The notes beneath the pieces are model-generated. The model did not search any database and was not told where the DNA came from. It worked only from the letters and a program-made list of their open reading frames with translations. Shown here one piece after another: positions 1 to 11,819 of a stretch of 64,000 bases of DNA. How positions within the stretch are numbered: the first letter of the stretch is position 1; every line of letters starts with the position of its first letter. A program made the translations under genes and the position numbers. Origin of the DNA: Octopus sinensis (Eukaryota); contig NC_043005.1 in assembly GCF_006345805.1 (NCBI RefSeq), positions 89,404,001-89,468,000 on the forward strand. Reading direction: 5' to 3'.

Positions 1-1228
1 CTCTCCCTAAATGGCAAAATATCTCACACAGCAGCAGAATAGTTCATGGAACTGGTAAATATCACAAGGAAATGGTAAAATATTTTGATGAATGGTCAAT
101 ATTTTACAGAATTGTTGAAAAATGTAGCACAGAAGAGCAGCAACATCTCACAGAATATGAAGATAGCACAATGGTAAATATGTGAACTAGAAGATTAAAA
201 TAACTTTTTTGGAATGTGAATGTATTTACAAATGATTAAGAAAACGTGCTGCCAGTCCTTTTTTTGTACTCTTTGGTTTGGATGGCACCAACGCAATTTA
301 TGTGACTTCATGAGGAAATATCAGAATAAAGAATTAGTAATTTCACTTCCAACCTCTTCACATTCTCCACTGCCATCATCATCATCATCACCACTACCAT
401 CATTATCATAACCAGTTATTGTTATTACTCTCATCATTATCATATTAAAATCTTCCTCTTCTTCCTCCTCCTCCTCATCATTATCCCCACTAATACCATT
501 ACAAATATCCTACACTGACCGCAAATCTGCCCTCACACCACCCTGCTTCACCCCAGTCTATAATTATGCCATGGTCTCCTTACTACTGCATATGCTAAGC
601 ACCTAAGTTCATCATTGTCACTGTCACCACCACCACCACCACCACCAACACCATCACCACTATCATCACCATATCACTGTCATCCTTGCAAGAATGGCTT
701 GGTTGGTTCAGCAAAATCTGACGAACCAGAGGACTACATCAAGCTCCAGTGTCTGCTTAGACGTTATTTCTATGACTGCTTGCCATTTCTAATGCCGACC
801 ACTTTACAGAGTTTACCAAGCGATCACCACCATTCTGATTTTAACAATCACTTGCATGGGTCACATAAAACTTGCCTAAGGCAGATTTTCTATGGCCAGA
901 TGCTCTTCCTGTTGCCAACCCTTTGGAAAGCAATGGACACCACTTGTATGATGGTGACACTCGTTTACAATTATCATGCAATGTGAAGACAAGGAAACAC
1001 ACACACAAATGTGCACTTACACTAATACACACATACACACACACACAATTTCACATGCTCCATCATGGTTGTTAGTGAATTGGTTGCCTATTTCTACCTT
1101 ACCTGTTTATATGTTTAAAATTCACCTGATAATGGCATGTTTTTGCCGTGATATATTTTAAGAATGCATTAATAAAATGCTGCCAAAACAGCTGTTGTGA
1201 ATTTTGAACCCCACTTGGGTTCCTTATG

Positions 1229-1315
1229 TATGTATGTGTATATATATATATATATATATAAAATATACATTATATATATAAATATATATATATAATATAA
1301 ATATAATATATATAT

Positions 1316-1347
<32 letters not shown>

Positions 1348-1433
1348 AATATATATATATTATAAGTAATATATATATATTATATATATATATATATTAA
1401 ATATAAATATATATATATAATATATTATATGAA

Positions 1434-1478
<45 letters not shown>

Positions 1479-1483
1479 ATATA
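1229..1483. repeat. Compound (TA)n microsatellite
   Basis: Interrupted TA dinucleotide run. Confidence 0.95.
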
Positions 1484-1484
1484 A

Positions 1485-1765
1485 ATGGAACAAAAATGCA
1501 ATAGAGGACAATGAAACATTCGAACAGATTGACGATACAAGATGGACAGAGAAACAACAATTAGAAGGACAGGCAAACAAAGACGGCTCATTCTTGGCTT
1601 TCTTTCATGAGTCAAGTACCAGAAGTCCCATCTATTTCAGACAGTTACACTTGAGATGGTTCAATCTGGTTGCTCCCCGAAAAAGTCTAAGCTAAGAGCA
1701 TTAGACCCCTTTGTAAGAAAGCTAGCGAAAGTGTATGGCAACAAAGACAAAAAACAGAGAACATG
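1485..1765 (-). mobile_element. Unclassified interspersed repeat, inverted copy of 57820-58110
   Basis: CTAAGCTAAGAGCATTAGA...CAACAAAGACAAAAAACAGAGAA here matches the reverse complement of 57820-57905; similarity continues through the flanking 200 bp. Confidence 0.6.
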
Positions 1766-1910
1766 ATACGCAATTATGAATACAAACAAGAAAATAACAG
1801 CAGGTGTCTTTCAACTGAGAACAAATCCAATTGCGCTGGTGTATATGAAGTGAAAACCTAAAGGCAGGAACATAGGAGATGGACATAAGAAGTGTTGGCA
1901 GGTGGCAGTC

Positions 1911-1941
<31 letters not shown>

Positions 1942-1966
1942 TGTATATATTTATATATTATTGAAG

Positions 1967-2091
1967 AAATTGGAGTCAAGAAGAGTACAGTTGGACAGAA
2001 ATTTGTTAATCACTACAATTGTTTTGACGCAACAGTTGTAGTGATTAAAAAATAACTGTCCAACCTTACTCCTTCTTCTTGACTCCAATTT
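1967..2091. repeat. Foldback (hairpin) element, ~60-bp arms
   Basis: AAATTGGAGTCAAGAAG/CTTCTTGACTCCAATTT, GTTGGACAG/CTGTCCAAC and TTAATCACTACAA/TTGTAGTGATTAA are nested reverse complements around a ~7-nt loop. Confidence 0.9.
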
Positions 2092-2199
2092 GTTTAATTT
2101 AATATTCAAACACAATGAATGCCCAAACTTAATTATACTACCAGATAGTACTGGCGAACTCTAAAGGTGGATGAGCTTTATACAGTACTCTACCACGTT

Positions 2200-2492
2200 C
2201 CTAGGCACATAAAAAGCACCATTCGAGTGTGGTTAATGCCAGTGCCACCTGACTGGCTGCCGTGTCAGTGGCATGTAAAAACCACTATTTGAGCATGGTT
2301 GATGCCAGTGTCACCTAACTGGCCCCTGTGCCAGTGGTATGTAAAAAGCACCCACTACACTCTTGGAGTGGGTGACATTAGGAAAGGCATCCAGCTGTAG
2401 AAACCTTGCCAGAACAGATTAGAGCCTCCTGGCTCAAACTGTACAATCCATGCCAGCATGGAAAGCAGATGGTAAATGATGATGATGATGAT
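2200..2492 (+). mobile_element. 5'-truncated RTE-LINE 3' tail copy (SINE-like) ending in (GAT)n
   Basis: About three degenerate GTAAAAAGCACC units, then CACTACACTC...GGCATCCAGCTGTAGAAAC...CATGCCAGCATGGAAAG and (GAT)n; homologous to the 3' end of the RTE at 48110-49735. Confidence 0.8.
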
Positions 2493-2589
2493 GATATATA
2501 AACACACACAACGAACTGCTTTCAGTTTCGGTCCACCTAATCCACTCACAAAACTTTGGCCAGTCCTGGCCTGTAATAGAAGACACTTG

Positions 2590-2930
2590 CCAAAGTGTCA
2601 ATTAGACTGTGGCCATGCTGGAGCACTGCCTAGAATTTTAGTCAAATGAATCAACTGCAGGACATTTTTTTAACCTGGTATTTATTCTTTCTGTCAATTT
2701 TGCCAAACCACGAAGTTACAAAGGCATAAACACACACACACAGATATGTGTGTGTGTATGTGTGTGTATACATATACAATGGGCTTCTTTCAGTTTCCAT
2801 CTACCAAATCCACATATAAAGCTTTGGTCAGTGTGAGGCTATAGTAGAAGCCACTTGTTCAAGGTGCCATGCAGTGGGACTGAACCCAGGACCATGTGGT
2901 TGGGAAGCAAACTTCTTACCACATGGCCAC
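2590..2930 (-). mobile_element. CORE-type tRNA-derived SINE
   Basis: Reverse strand reads GTGGTAAGAAGTTTGCTTCCCAACC...GGTTCAGTCCCACTGCATGGCACCTTGAACAAGTG (tRNA-like head plus CCTTGGGCAAGT-type CORE motif), an internal (GT)n and the family tail. Confidence 0.75.
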
Positions 2931-3084
2931 AAATTTGCTTTTGTTATTTTTAACCTGGATTAACTTTATTCAAGTTAACTTATGAACAAAACTGTTCCAT
3001 GTTCTTTTGTTTTTCATCCCAGGCATAGTGTATCTAAGACTACATTATCCAAACATCTTTTCCAGTTGCAATCTAGCTGCAGTT

Positions 3085-3275
3085 TAGCATGTTGGGCAAA
3101 TTGCTTTGCAGCATTTTGTCTGTCTTTATGTTCCGAGTTCAAATTCCACTAAGGACATCTTTGCCTTTCATTCTTTCAGGGTTGATAAAATAAGTACCAG
3201 TTGACCACTGGGGGTCAATGTAATCAACTTATCCCCTCCCCCAAAATTGTTGGCCTTGTGCAAAAATTTGAAACA
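3085..3275 (+). mobile_element. tRNA-derived SINE family A (GCCTTTCATCCTTTCGGGGTCGATAAAATAAGTACC central domain), (TTA)n tail
   Basis: B-box-like GTTCAAATTCC, conserved central block, TTA tail; about 17 copies across the window. Confidence 0.75.
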
Positions 3276-3295
3276 TTATTATTACTATTATTATT

Positions 3296-3512
3296 AGGGC
3301 ACTGAGTTGGCAGAATCATTAGCACTCTGGGTGAAATGTTTAGCGGTATCACGTCTATCACTACGTTCTGAATTCAAATTGTGCTGAGGTCGACTTTGCT
3401 TTCCATCCTTTTGGGATTGATAAATTAAGTACCAGTGAAACACTGGTGTCAATGTAATCAACTAATCCCCTTCCCCACAAATCTGAGGCCTTGTACCTCC
3501 AGTAGAAAGCAT
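3296..3512 (+). mobile_element. SINE family A copy
   Basis: A-box-like GAGTTGGCAGAATCATTAGC, TTCAAATT B-box, central block, tail into TTA repeat. Confidence 0.8.
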
Positions 3513-3778
3513 TATTATTATTGTTATTATTATTATTGTTATTATTATTATTATTATTGTTATTATTGCTATTATTATTATTGTTATTATTGCTATTATT
3601 ATTATTGTTATTATTATTATTATTATTGTTATTGTTATTATTGTTATTGTTATTATTATTATTATTATTATTATTGTTGTTATTATTATTATTATTATTA
3701 TTGTTATTATTGTTATTGTTATTATTATTATTATTATTAGTTGTTATTATTATTATTGTTGTTATTATTATTATGTTA

Positions 3779-3811
<33 letters not shown>

Positions 3812-3833
3812 GTTATTATTATTGTTATTATTA

Positions 3834-3871
<38 letters not shown>

Positions 3872-3892
3872 GTTGTTATTGTTATTATTATT
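3511..3892. repeat. Compound (TTA)/(TTG) microsatellite (expanded SINE tail)
   Basis: About 380 bp of ATT/GTT triplets between two SINE copies. Confidence 0.95.
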
Positions 3893-4065
3893 TAGGCAGT
3901 GAGGTGGCAGAACCATTAGCATTCTCAGTTCAAATTCTGCCAAGATTAACATTGCCTTTCTTCTTTTGGGGGTTGATAAATAAATACCAGCTGAACAATG
4001 GGGTCGATGTAATCGACTTCTGCCCTCCCCCAAAGTTGCTGGCATTGTGCTAAAATATGAAATCA
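3893..4065 (+). mobile_element. SINE family A copy, internally deleted
   Basis: GGCAGTGAGGTGGCAGAACCATTAGC head, GTTCAAATTC, central block. Confidence 0.75.
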
Positions 4066-4772
4066 ATGTAGCCACAGGTCAATGATGACTGAGCCAACTT
4101 GCCGATCCTTGGGTATTTCTGTTGGAGTGGCCAGGAACATGCAACAGGTCTGCTGTTGTTGTGGGCTGCCCTTCCTTGTTTACTTGCAGATCCTATTATA
4201 CACTCTTGATATCCTCTGATGACTCATGTGGAGTGGAAGCACAAGTGCAGCTTGGCCTTTGCTTCCACTCCAAAGGTGTGTCTTTTCCTGCTTGGCTACT
4301 GTTTAGTTTCAGGTCAACACTGACTGAGCAAAACTATTGTGGAAGACATTCCACCCGTGGCCATCCCAACGTTTGTAGGGCACCTAAGGATGTGTGTGGG
4401 AGTGTGTATGAGTGTTTAGGTTTGGTTGTAATAAAGACAATTTTTACATTAATCTGATGGGTTGTTACACTGTCTTTTTGTGGAGTAAAATTCATTATTC
4501 TGAAACAAGAATGTTATTCGGTGACTTTGAAGCTTAAGAATAACAAATATTGTGTCGTATAGCCAGCTGGAGACGATGTCTCCTGGGGCTAAATTACAGC
4601 AACATTCGTCCTAAACCAGGACTGCCATGTTATGTTGGCAAACAATCTTTACTCCAAAGTACTGTTACTGAATATCTGCTGTTGTGAAATTTAAAAATAG
4701 TAATTTTCTAACAAATATATATGTGCATGTGTGCGTGCATGCGTGTGTGTGTATTTGTTATTCTTAAACAAA

Positions 4773-4866
4773 AATATTATTGACAAGGACTTCAAAGTTT
4801 CGGCCAGTTAAGCAGTCCAGTGATGGCTTAACTGGCCAAAACTTCAAAGTCACTGTCAACAATATT
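4773..4866. repeat. Foldback element, ~41-bp arms, 12-nt loop
   Basis: GTTTCGGCCAGTTAAGC versus GCTTAACTGGCCAAAAC, extending outward through GACTTCAAAG and TTGACA with few mismatches. Confidence 0.9.
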
Positions 4867-5204
4867 CTTGTGTTTTGTTTCTATATTTTGTATTTTGATT
4901 AGAATTGTATTTTCTCTGTCACTGTTTCTATGGGTTTAGTTTCGTTTGCAAATTGCTAAAAACAGCTTCAAGTATTCATTCTCGCAGTGTAACCTAATGA
5001 AGGACTTTTTTAAAGCAACCACCTGAAGAAGTGCATCTCACACCTTTGATGGATGATAGGGATTACACAATATGTTATCTGTATCATCTCACCAATGTAC
5101 TACGAATGTAAAAAAGAGTGTCAAAACAATTGTTGTGATTTAAAATAAAGAATGCGGCTCAATCCGTTTTCTATTCTTTATATAAATATATATAAACTGC
5201 TAAT

Positions 5205-5565
5205 AGACATAGGTGTGGTAAGAAGTTTGCTTCTCAACCATATGGTTCTGTGTTCAGTCCCACTGCATGGCACTTTGGGCAAGTGTCTTCAACTATAGCC
5301 TTGGGCTGACCAAAGCCTTGTGAGTGGATTTGGTAGACGGAAACTGAAAAAAGCCTGTTGTGTATGTGTGTGTGTGTTTGTCTCCTACCCCTCCCTACTT
5401 GACAACCTCTGTTTGTGTGTTTACATCTCTGTAACTTAGTGGTTCTGCAAAAGAACAAGTACCATGCCTAAAAAAATAAATACCAAGATTGAGTCCTTCA
5501 ACTAAAAATTCTTCTTTTAAATCAGTGCCCAAGCATGGCCACAATTTATGACTGAAACAAATGAC
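5205..5565 (+). mobile_element. CORE-type tRNA-derived SINE
   Basis: GTGGTAAGAAGTTTGCTTCTCAACC...GTTCAGTCCCACTGCATGGCACTTTGGGCAAGTGTCTT...GATTTGGTAGACGGAAACTGAAA, (GT)n, tail. Confidence 0.8.
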
Positions 5566-7486
5566 AGCTATATACGACTCATACACACACAGATGCAAGT
5601 GAATGACCAAACAAAACAAAGTAGCACTCAATACATTTGGTAGGAGTTATGTATATTTCCTACATGCTCAGGAAACTTTTAGTCATGTATAGTCAAACTA
5701 TTATTAAAAATATATTTTTATATTATCCAATGTGTCTTTCTCAAGTGATCTGAAGGAAATTTGACAGCTATTTCTAGCAGGTCAAGCAACTTCAGAAAGG
5801 CTACTTGGTTGGTTCATCTGTGAACCTTTAGATTGTGGAATTGGTTCCTGTGGAGGTAACCAGGTTAGATTAATGGTTGTTATTCCTTTATACTTTCTAT
5901 TGGTGATGTACACCCCAAGACAATGTTTAGGGGTTAATATAACCATTTATAGCAAGGCAGCAAGCAGGAAGAACCATGCCAGGCAAAATGCCTAGAAGTA
6001 TTTCAACCATTTTTACATTCTGAATCCAAATCCTGCTGAGGTTGACTTTGCCTTTCATTCTTTTGGGGGTCGATAAAATAAGTACCAGTTGCATACTGGG
6101 GTCCCCTTAAAATTGCTGGCTTTGTGCCTAACTTTGAAACCAAAGTTACCTGTATTTCTTTTTGCCCTTTGAAAACACAAAAGTAGAGATTAAAATTGAT
6201 TTCCTTATGGTTTCCAAACATGATGTCTTGTGGTTAACAACATGTATATTCTTATTAGTACTGTGTCAGTATGTTTGTCTGTAGCAAAAGCACAGTCTAC
6301 ATAGCTGTAAATAGGTGCCATTTAAAAGAAGCAATTTACCACTGCGGACCATCTGCATCTTGCAGACTTTGTTCTAGACATGTTAGCTACAGGAAGACAG
6401 AGTTTGCGGCAGTGCTTGGTTGATACTATAGATTATGGAACCCACCACCACCAAGGCCCTAAAATGTAGATTATATGCTAATATGATAAAGAATTTGTGA
6501 CAAGGCTTAACACACAAGACCACTGTCATCACCACCACCATTAGCATTTTTATGTCCATTTTCCAGCTTGTCATGATTAGGACAGGTCATCATAATCCAA
6601 CCTAATTCTTATTTGGAGTTATTTCTCCTCCAGATGACTTGAGGATTATGTCTCAGCCATAAATCACAAAATTAATTGAAACAAAGTCATCATATCTCAA
6701 CAGAAGTAGGGTAATAAAAGGGTTAATCGTATAGAGATTCCAGCTTTTGTTCTCATCGAAGCACCAATGCTGGTGTCTTATCATTGAAAATGCCAGAGTG
6801 TGAAAATACCAAAAGACGCTGCAAATGTTAGGATTTTTTTTAGAGAAGACATCGGAATCGTTTCCAGTGCCAAAACTTGAAGTCCATCAGATAACCTGAA
6901 TCTTGTACAGTATTCCTCACTGTAGGCTAACACAAACATTTGTCAGTTATGCAATCTTTCAACCTACTTGTCTTACACAACCAGTCTTGTGTATTGTAAC
7001 TATTTATAGTTTGGTGAATTTAGAGTTAAAAGAAGCAAATATCTTGGCCATAAACACAACAGAGCAACAAAGCCTGGCTGTACACCATTCACCTTTTGGC
7101 AGGTGGACTAATAACCTATCAAATCAAAAAGCAATAGATCTTAGTTTGTTGTAGATTCTTTGATAAAATCTTAATTTCTTTAGAAACAAAAAGTTCTTCT
7201 TTAACGCAGGAGGGAGATTATTAGAAACTTCAAAGATTATCAGAGAATTTTAAGAAGTTGAAGCCAGTTAACAAAGAACTTTAGGTAGTGGAGTCTGCCT
7301 ATTCCTGTCTGGTCTGCTAAATCTGAATATCTGTATTTATTTATCAGTTTGATATGTAAATGTTAGGATGTCTATTAGCCTTAACAAATCCTGCTCAAAG
7401 TGATAACAATCAAACTTGGTTTATATTCATACGATGGGTTAGCAGTTACAGCAGAGCAGAGAACAGCATGCAGGCAGTTGTAACAC

Positions 7487-7524
<38 letters not shown>

Positions 7525-7734
7525 ACTGTCTGCCAATGTGGAGATAAAGTTCACCAACATGATGTGTTTGTCTTTCCTTTCTGGGCAACTTGACTTTCTT
7601 CTCTGCCTTGTTTATACTCAGCCACATCCACAAAACACGTAGAGGTCTTCAGCAGACACATGAACACAAGCATGCAAGCACATACATATCTTTATTTATA
7701 TACAATCACACACACACACACACACACACACATC

Positions 7735-8125
7735 TTTTGTCTTTTACTTGTTTCAGTCAATGGACTGCGGCCATGCTGGGGCAACATCTTGAAGAAATTC
7801 TAGTCAAATGAATCAAATCAGTACTTTCTTTTTTTAAGCCTGGTGCTTATTCTGTCAGTCTCTTTTACTGAACTGCTAAGTTACAGGGATGTAAACACAT
7901 CAACACCAGTTATCAAGCAGTGGGGGGAGACACACACACATACACACACACAACCATATATACACAACTTCCACTTCTAGTTTCTGTCTACCACATTCAC
8001 TCACAAGGCTTTGGACAGTCCAAGGTTACAGCAGAAGAAACTTGCTTACAGTGCCACGCAGTAAGACTGAACCCAGGACCATGGGATTGGAAAATAAGTT
8101 CCTTACCACATAGCCATGCCTTTGT
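7735..8125 (-). mobile_element. CORE-type SINE, near full length
   Basis: Reverse complement of the 5205-5565 family, from TCTTTTACTTGTTTCAGTC to CTTACCACATAGCC. Confidence 0.75.
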
Positions 8126-8157
8126 GTGTGCGTGTGCGTATGTAATATAAGAAAAAT

Positions 8158-8507
8158 GGAGAGTTTGAACACAGAAAAAATCAATTTATTTATATAATAG
8201 TCAATTTCATATTGTCTACGCCCGTTTCAGTTTCTCAAATTATTCATATTTTACAATTAAGATTGCATTATGCATATAAAAGGTAAAACCTCTTCAGGGC
8301 AGAAAATTGACAAATATTCATTCATATCTTAATGGATGGAAAATTGCTTACCAACTGAATATTTGTCAGTTTTTTGTCTTGAAGAAATTTTTACCTTTTA
8401 AATGCATAATGCAATTTTAATTGCAAAATATGAATGAAGGTGAGAAATTGAAACCTACGAAGATGACTATTATATAAATTGACTATATGATTAAAATTCT
8501 GTTCTCC
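8158..8507. mobile_element. Palindromic MITE-like foldback, ~150-170-bp imperfect arms
   Basis: 8222-8320 (GTTTCAGTTTCTC...TGCATTATGCAT...GACAAATATTCA) is the reverse complement of 8357-8455; outer GACTATTATATAAATTGA block also mirrored. Confidence 0.85.
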
Positions 8508-8749
8508 TATATTGAATGGATGAAAACATCTATAATGACAACTGGAACCTCATATATTAACACAAACTAATGAATTCCAAGTATATTAATCAATATAGAG
8601 CCAAACCGGTGTACGCTTGGATGAAATACATCCCTGTGAAAGAGCAGCCTCTTTCCATGCGAAACTTTATATATATATATATATACACATACATACAGAG
8701 AGAGTGAGAGAGAGAGTGGTTGTCTACTCCTTATGTAGAGTTTGACCAC

Positions 8750-9120
8750 CTCCTGTACCGACACCTGAGACCCATCATGCATCTGATGTGACCTTTTTAA
8801 ACCAGACAATGTTTTGAAAAGACAACCACATAGATTGCATATCCAATTTGGATTACCAAGAGCTGCAGTTAAGTTCTGATCTTTGGGGATCTTAAAATGT
8901 CTTATGAGGCTTCTCTTAGATTTGCAGACTTTATGGTATACACGGCATATATAGGCAGAATAGTTGGTGGAAGTTCGTTTTCCGTGGGACTGAAAGGCAT
9001 GCTCTGTCACAAACTGTGCAGAACAAAAAGGTCATAATGATTCACCTTCTTGATTGGAATATTCTTCTTTAGATCTCTTTTGAGTCTCGTATGCATTATC
9101 CTGGCCTCTTCAAACACTAT
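8750..9120 (-). pseudogene. RTE-LINE ORF2 C-terminal remnant with two degenerate C2H2 fingers
   Basis: YICRVYHKVCKSKRSLIRH and WICNLCGCLFKTLSGLKRSHQMH, preceded by FEEARI..RLKRDLK; same layout as the end of the RTE at 45975-47790. Confidence 0.6.
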
Positions 9121-9609
9121 ATACACACATACACATGTTTTCTTCACATATGTATATACTTATTATACACCAATGATTATATTGTTTGGAGGCAGGTGGA
9201 GCAACTGTCTTTTTGCCTTTTATTATAGCCTTGGGCATTGAGGCAGATGGAATCTGAAAGAAGCCCAGCATGTATGTGTCTATATGTGTGTGTGTGTGTA
9301 ATGGGATAACCTGAGAAGTGTCAATAACATAATAATAGGTACCCAGTCCACACTATAAAATTTACACAATGGATTTGGCAAATTTATGTATGCGTGTGTG
9401 CCAGGAGATATGGACTGCAATGAATGATAAGATTCATCCAATACATGACAGCATGGAAAAGCAGACATGAAATGGTGATGGAGGGACAAGAGGAAGGAGG
9501 ATGAGGAGGAGGAGGAAGAGGAATTGAATATCATTTACTTTTAATAAGCATACATGACTTGGGTTTTGGTAGGCAGTCTACCTTGCCTACCTACATAAGC
9601 ATGTCCCTA

Positions 9610-9677
9610 TCATACATACACACATACATACACACATACATACATACATACAGATAGACAGACAGACAGATATCAAG

Positions 9678-9720
<43 letters not shown>

Positions 9721-9753
9721 CAGATGGCCAGACAGACACACAGACAGACAGAC

Positions 9754-9838
<85 letters not shown>

Positions 9839-9965
9839 TCAAAAGATAGATAGATAGATTTCAAGAGATAGATAGATAGATGAATAAATAGATAGATAGA
9901 TAGATATCAAGAGATAGATAGATAGATAGATAAATAAATAGATAGATAGATAGATAGATATCAAG

Positions 9966-10018
<53 letters not shown>

Positions 10019-10069
10019 TCAAGAGATAGATAGATAGATAAATAAATAGATAGATAGATAGATATCAAG

Positions 10070-10140
<71 letters not shown>

Positions 10141-10165
10141 TGGCCAGACAGACTGATATAGATAG
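9610..10165. repeat. Compound (CATA)n-(GACA)n-(GATA)n microsatellite
   Basis: Tetranucleotide runs with recurring GATATCAAGAGATA interruptions. Confidence 0.95.
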
Positions 10166-10751
10166 ACAGATAAGTAGATGTGTGTGGATAGATATATTTA
10201 GACACATACACATATATATGCATACATGTGTGTGTGTGTGTGTGTGAGTAAATATTCTGTTTGACAAATGCAATACATGAGTAACTTTTGAAGTGTTTCC
10301 AGCTTCAAAAACAAAATAAATATGCGCACACACACACACACACACACACCCACCAACACACACGCACACACACACACTGTACATACCTAAAACCATGGCA
10401 ATCTAAGGTTGTTGTTTAAGAACAACAGGGTGAGGTTAATGTGTTTTGAAGTGAAATTGTTTCTTGTTTTTTTTGTGGAAGTTTGACAAGAATACATAGC
10501 TTAGGAGGGGCGTTTCATGAGGGGGTGCAGGGTTGTTTTGGTTTTTTTTCTTTTTGGAGGGGGCAGGTTAAACCAGCATGGTTGTGTGGGATTAAAACTG
10601 AATAGGAATGATGAGAGAAAAGGAAATAATCAAATATTGAACCTGTTGAAGTAGGGGTTGTATGTGAGTCAGAAGATTACAGGTCATTGAAATGGTGAGG
10701 AATGAAGCCATCCCTATAAATACTGGCATTACAGACCACATCCTACATTCT

Positions 10752-11362
10752 ACAGATATTCTACAACCATTTTTTGCCTTTGGATCCTATTTTACTCTGA
10801 CATTTGATGTTTAAAAAATCCTAGCATACTTTTATAATTAAACTAGCAGTATCACCTGGCGTTGCTCGGGTTTGTAAGGGAAATAACTATATAAGCATTT
10901 TTAGAGAGTTATAGCCAAAAAGTAGCAAAAAAATGCATTAAAAATGGAAAAAAAATTATGGTAAATTTTTTTTAAAATTCGTTGACTTATCGTAGACATT
11001 TTTAGAGAGTTACTTCCCTTATATAATAGCGAAAAAAATGCATTAAAATGGAAAAAAAATGATGGTAAATTTTTTTTAAAATCGTAGAGTCATCGTAGAC
11101 GCGCGGTAATACCCAGAAGGGCTCGATATGAATCACGACTATAAGATACCCGGTTTTGGTTAAACTGCACCGCAAAATGTGGGAGTAATTAGGAATCTAA
11201 ATCGTAGGAGACAGACACACAACCTTACTTTTATATATAAAGATATTGTCAGAAATTGAATTTAAAATATTTGGTTGCGTTATAGAAGTATAACTAATTT
11301 ATTGTGCATAAACTTTAGCACCAAAATCTTTACATGGACCCCAGCTGAGAACCTCTGGTCAA
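10752..11362. mobile_element. Decayed hAT-like MITE interrupted by a Helitron
   Basis: Left end resembles CAGTGGTTCTCAACCATTTTTTGCC (better copy at 12114); right end reads CAGAGGTTCTCAGCTGGGGGTCC on the minus strand. Confidence 0.45.
10843..11243 (-). mobile_element. Non-autonomous Helitron, 401 bp
   Basis: Minus strand starts A|TCTTTATATATAAAAG and ends ACAAACCCGAGCAACGCCAGGTGATACTGCTAG|T: TC start, subterminal hairpin, CTAG end, A/T target, no TSD. Contains a ~100-bp internal tandem duplication. Confidence 0.8.
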
Positions 11363-11529
11363 CAACATGGCAATGATTCATTTACCAACACATTCTGGCA
11401 GTTCTCAAAATGGGCAGAGCTGTTCCTGGGGTGTGGGAAGGGCTGCAGAAAAGTTGACATAAATACTAGGGACAAAGTGGTGGGGGACAATGAGCAGGAT
11501 GATAAATCCCTCTTTTAATTTTCAAAAAT

Positions 11530-11770
11530 GCTTTCAGTTGTTATCGTGTGCAGAAAATGTAGTGAAAAGTGCTTTACAGTGGAAACCGGATGGATATAGA
11601 AGGAGAGGTAGGCCTAAGAACTCGTGGCGGAGATCAACACAAAAGGAACTAGAGAAAGGGGGACATTCATGACAGAGTATAAATACAGAAGCGAAAAATT
11701 ACGACATGGAATTCAACTATAAGTGGCCTATACTTCGCATTGGAGGGTTAAAGACATAAAGAAAGAAGAT
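11530..11770 (+). pseudogene. RTE-LINE 3' fragment
   Basis: VKSALQWKPDGYRRRGRPKNSWRR, the RTE C-terminal GxRxRGRPxxxW motif. Confidence 0.75.
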
Positions 11771-11819
11771 TGTGTGAAAAAATCATTTCTTGACAGAGTC
11801 TGATAGCTTGGAGACCAGA

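Noticed and set aside
3435-4075. Poly-L, poly-Y, poly-N ORFs, and all similar YI/CV/HT-rich ORFs in the track
   Set aside because: Microsatellite translations.
4216-4271. CTGATGA plus CTC/GAG stem and a 12-bp hairpin, hammerhead-like
   Set aside because: Followed by TGGAAG rather than GAAA, no NUH triplet and no stem I.
6590-7360. Non-repetitive stretch examined as a possible host exon or decayed TE
   Set aside because: No recognisable motif or extended open frame on either strand by manual translation.
8567-9010. 147-aa ORF as a host zinc-finger gene
   Set aside because: Fingers are degenerate, the frame runs into microsatellite, and the upstream sequence matches an RTE C-terminus.
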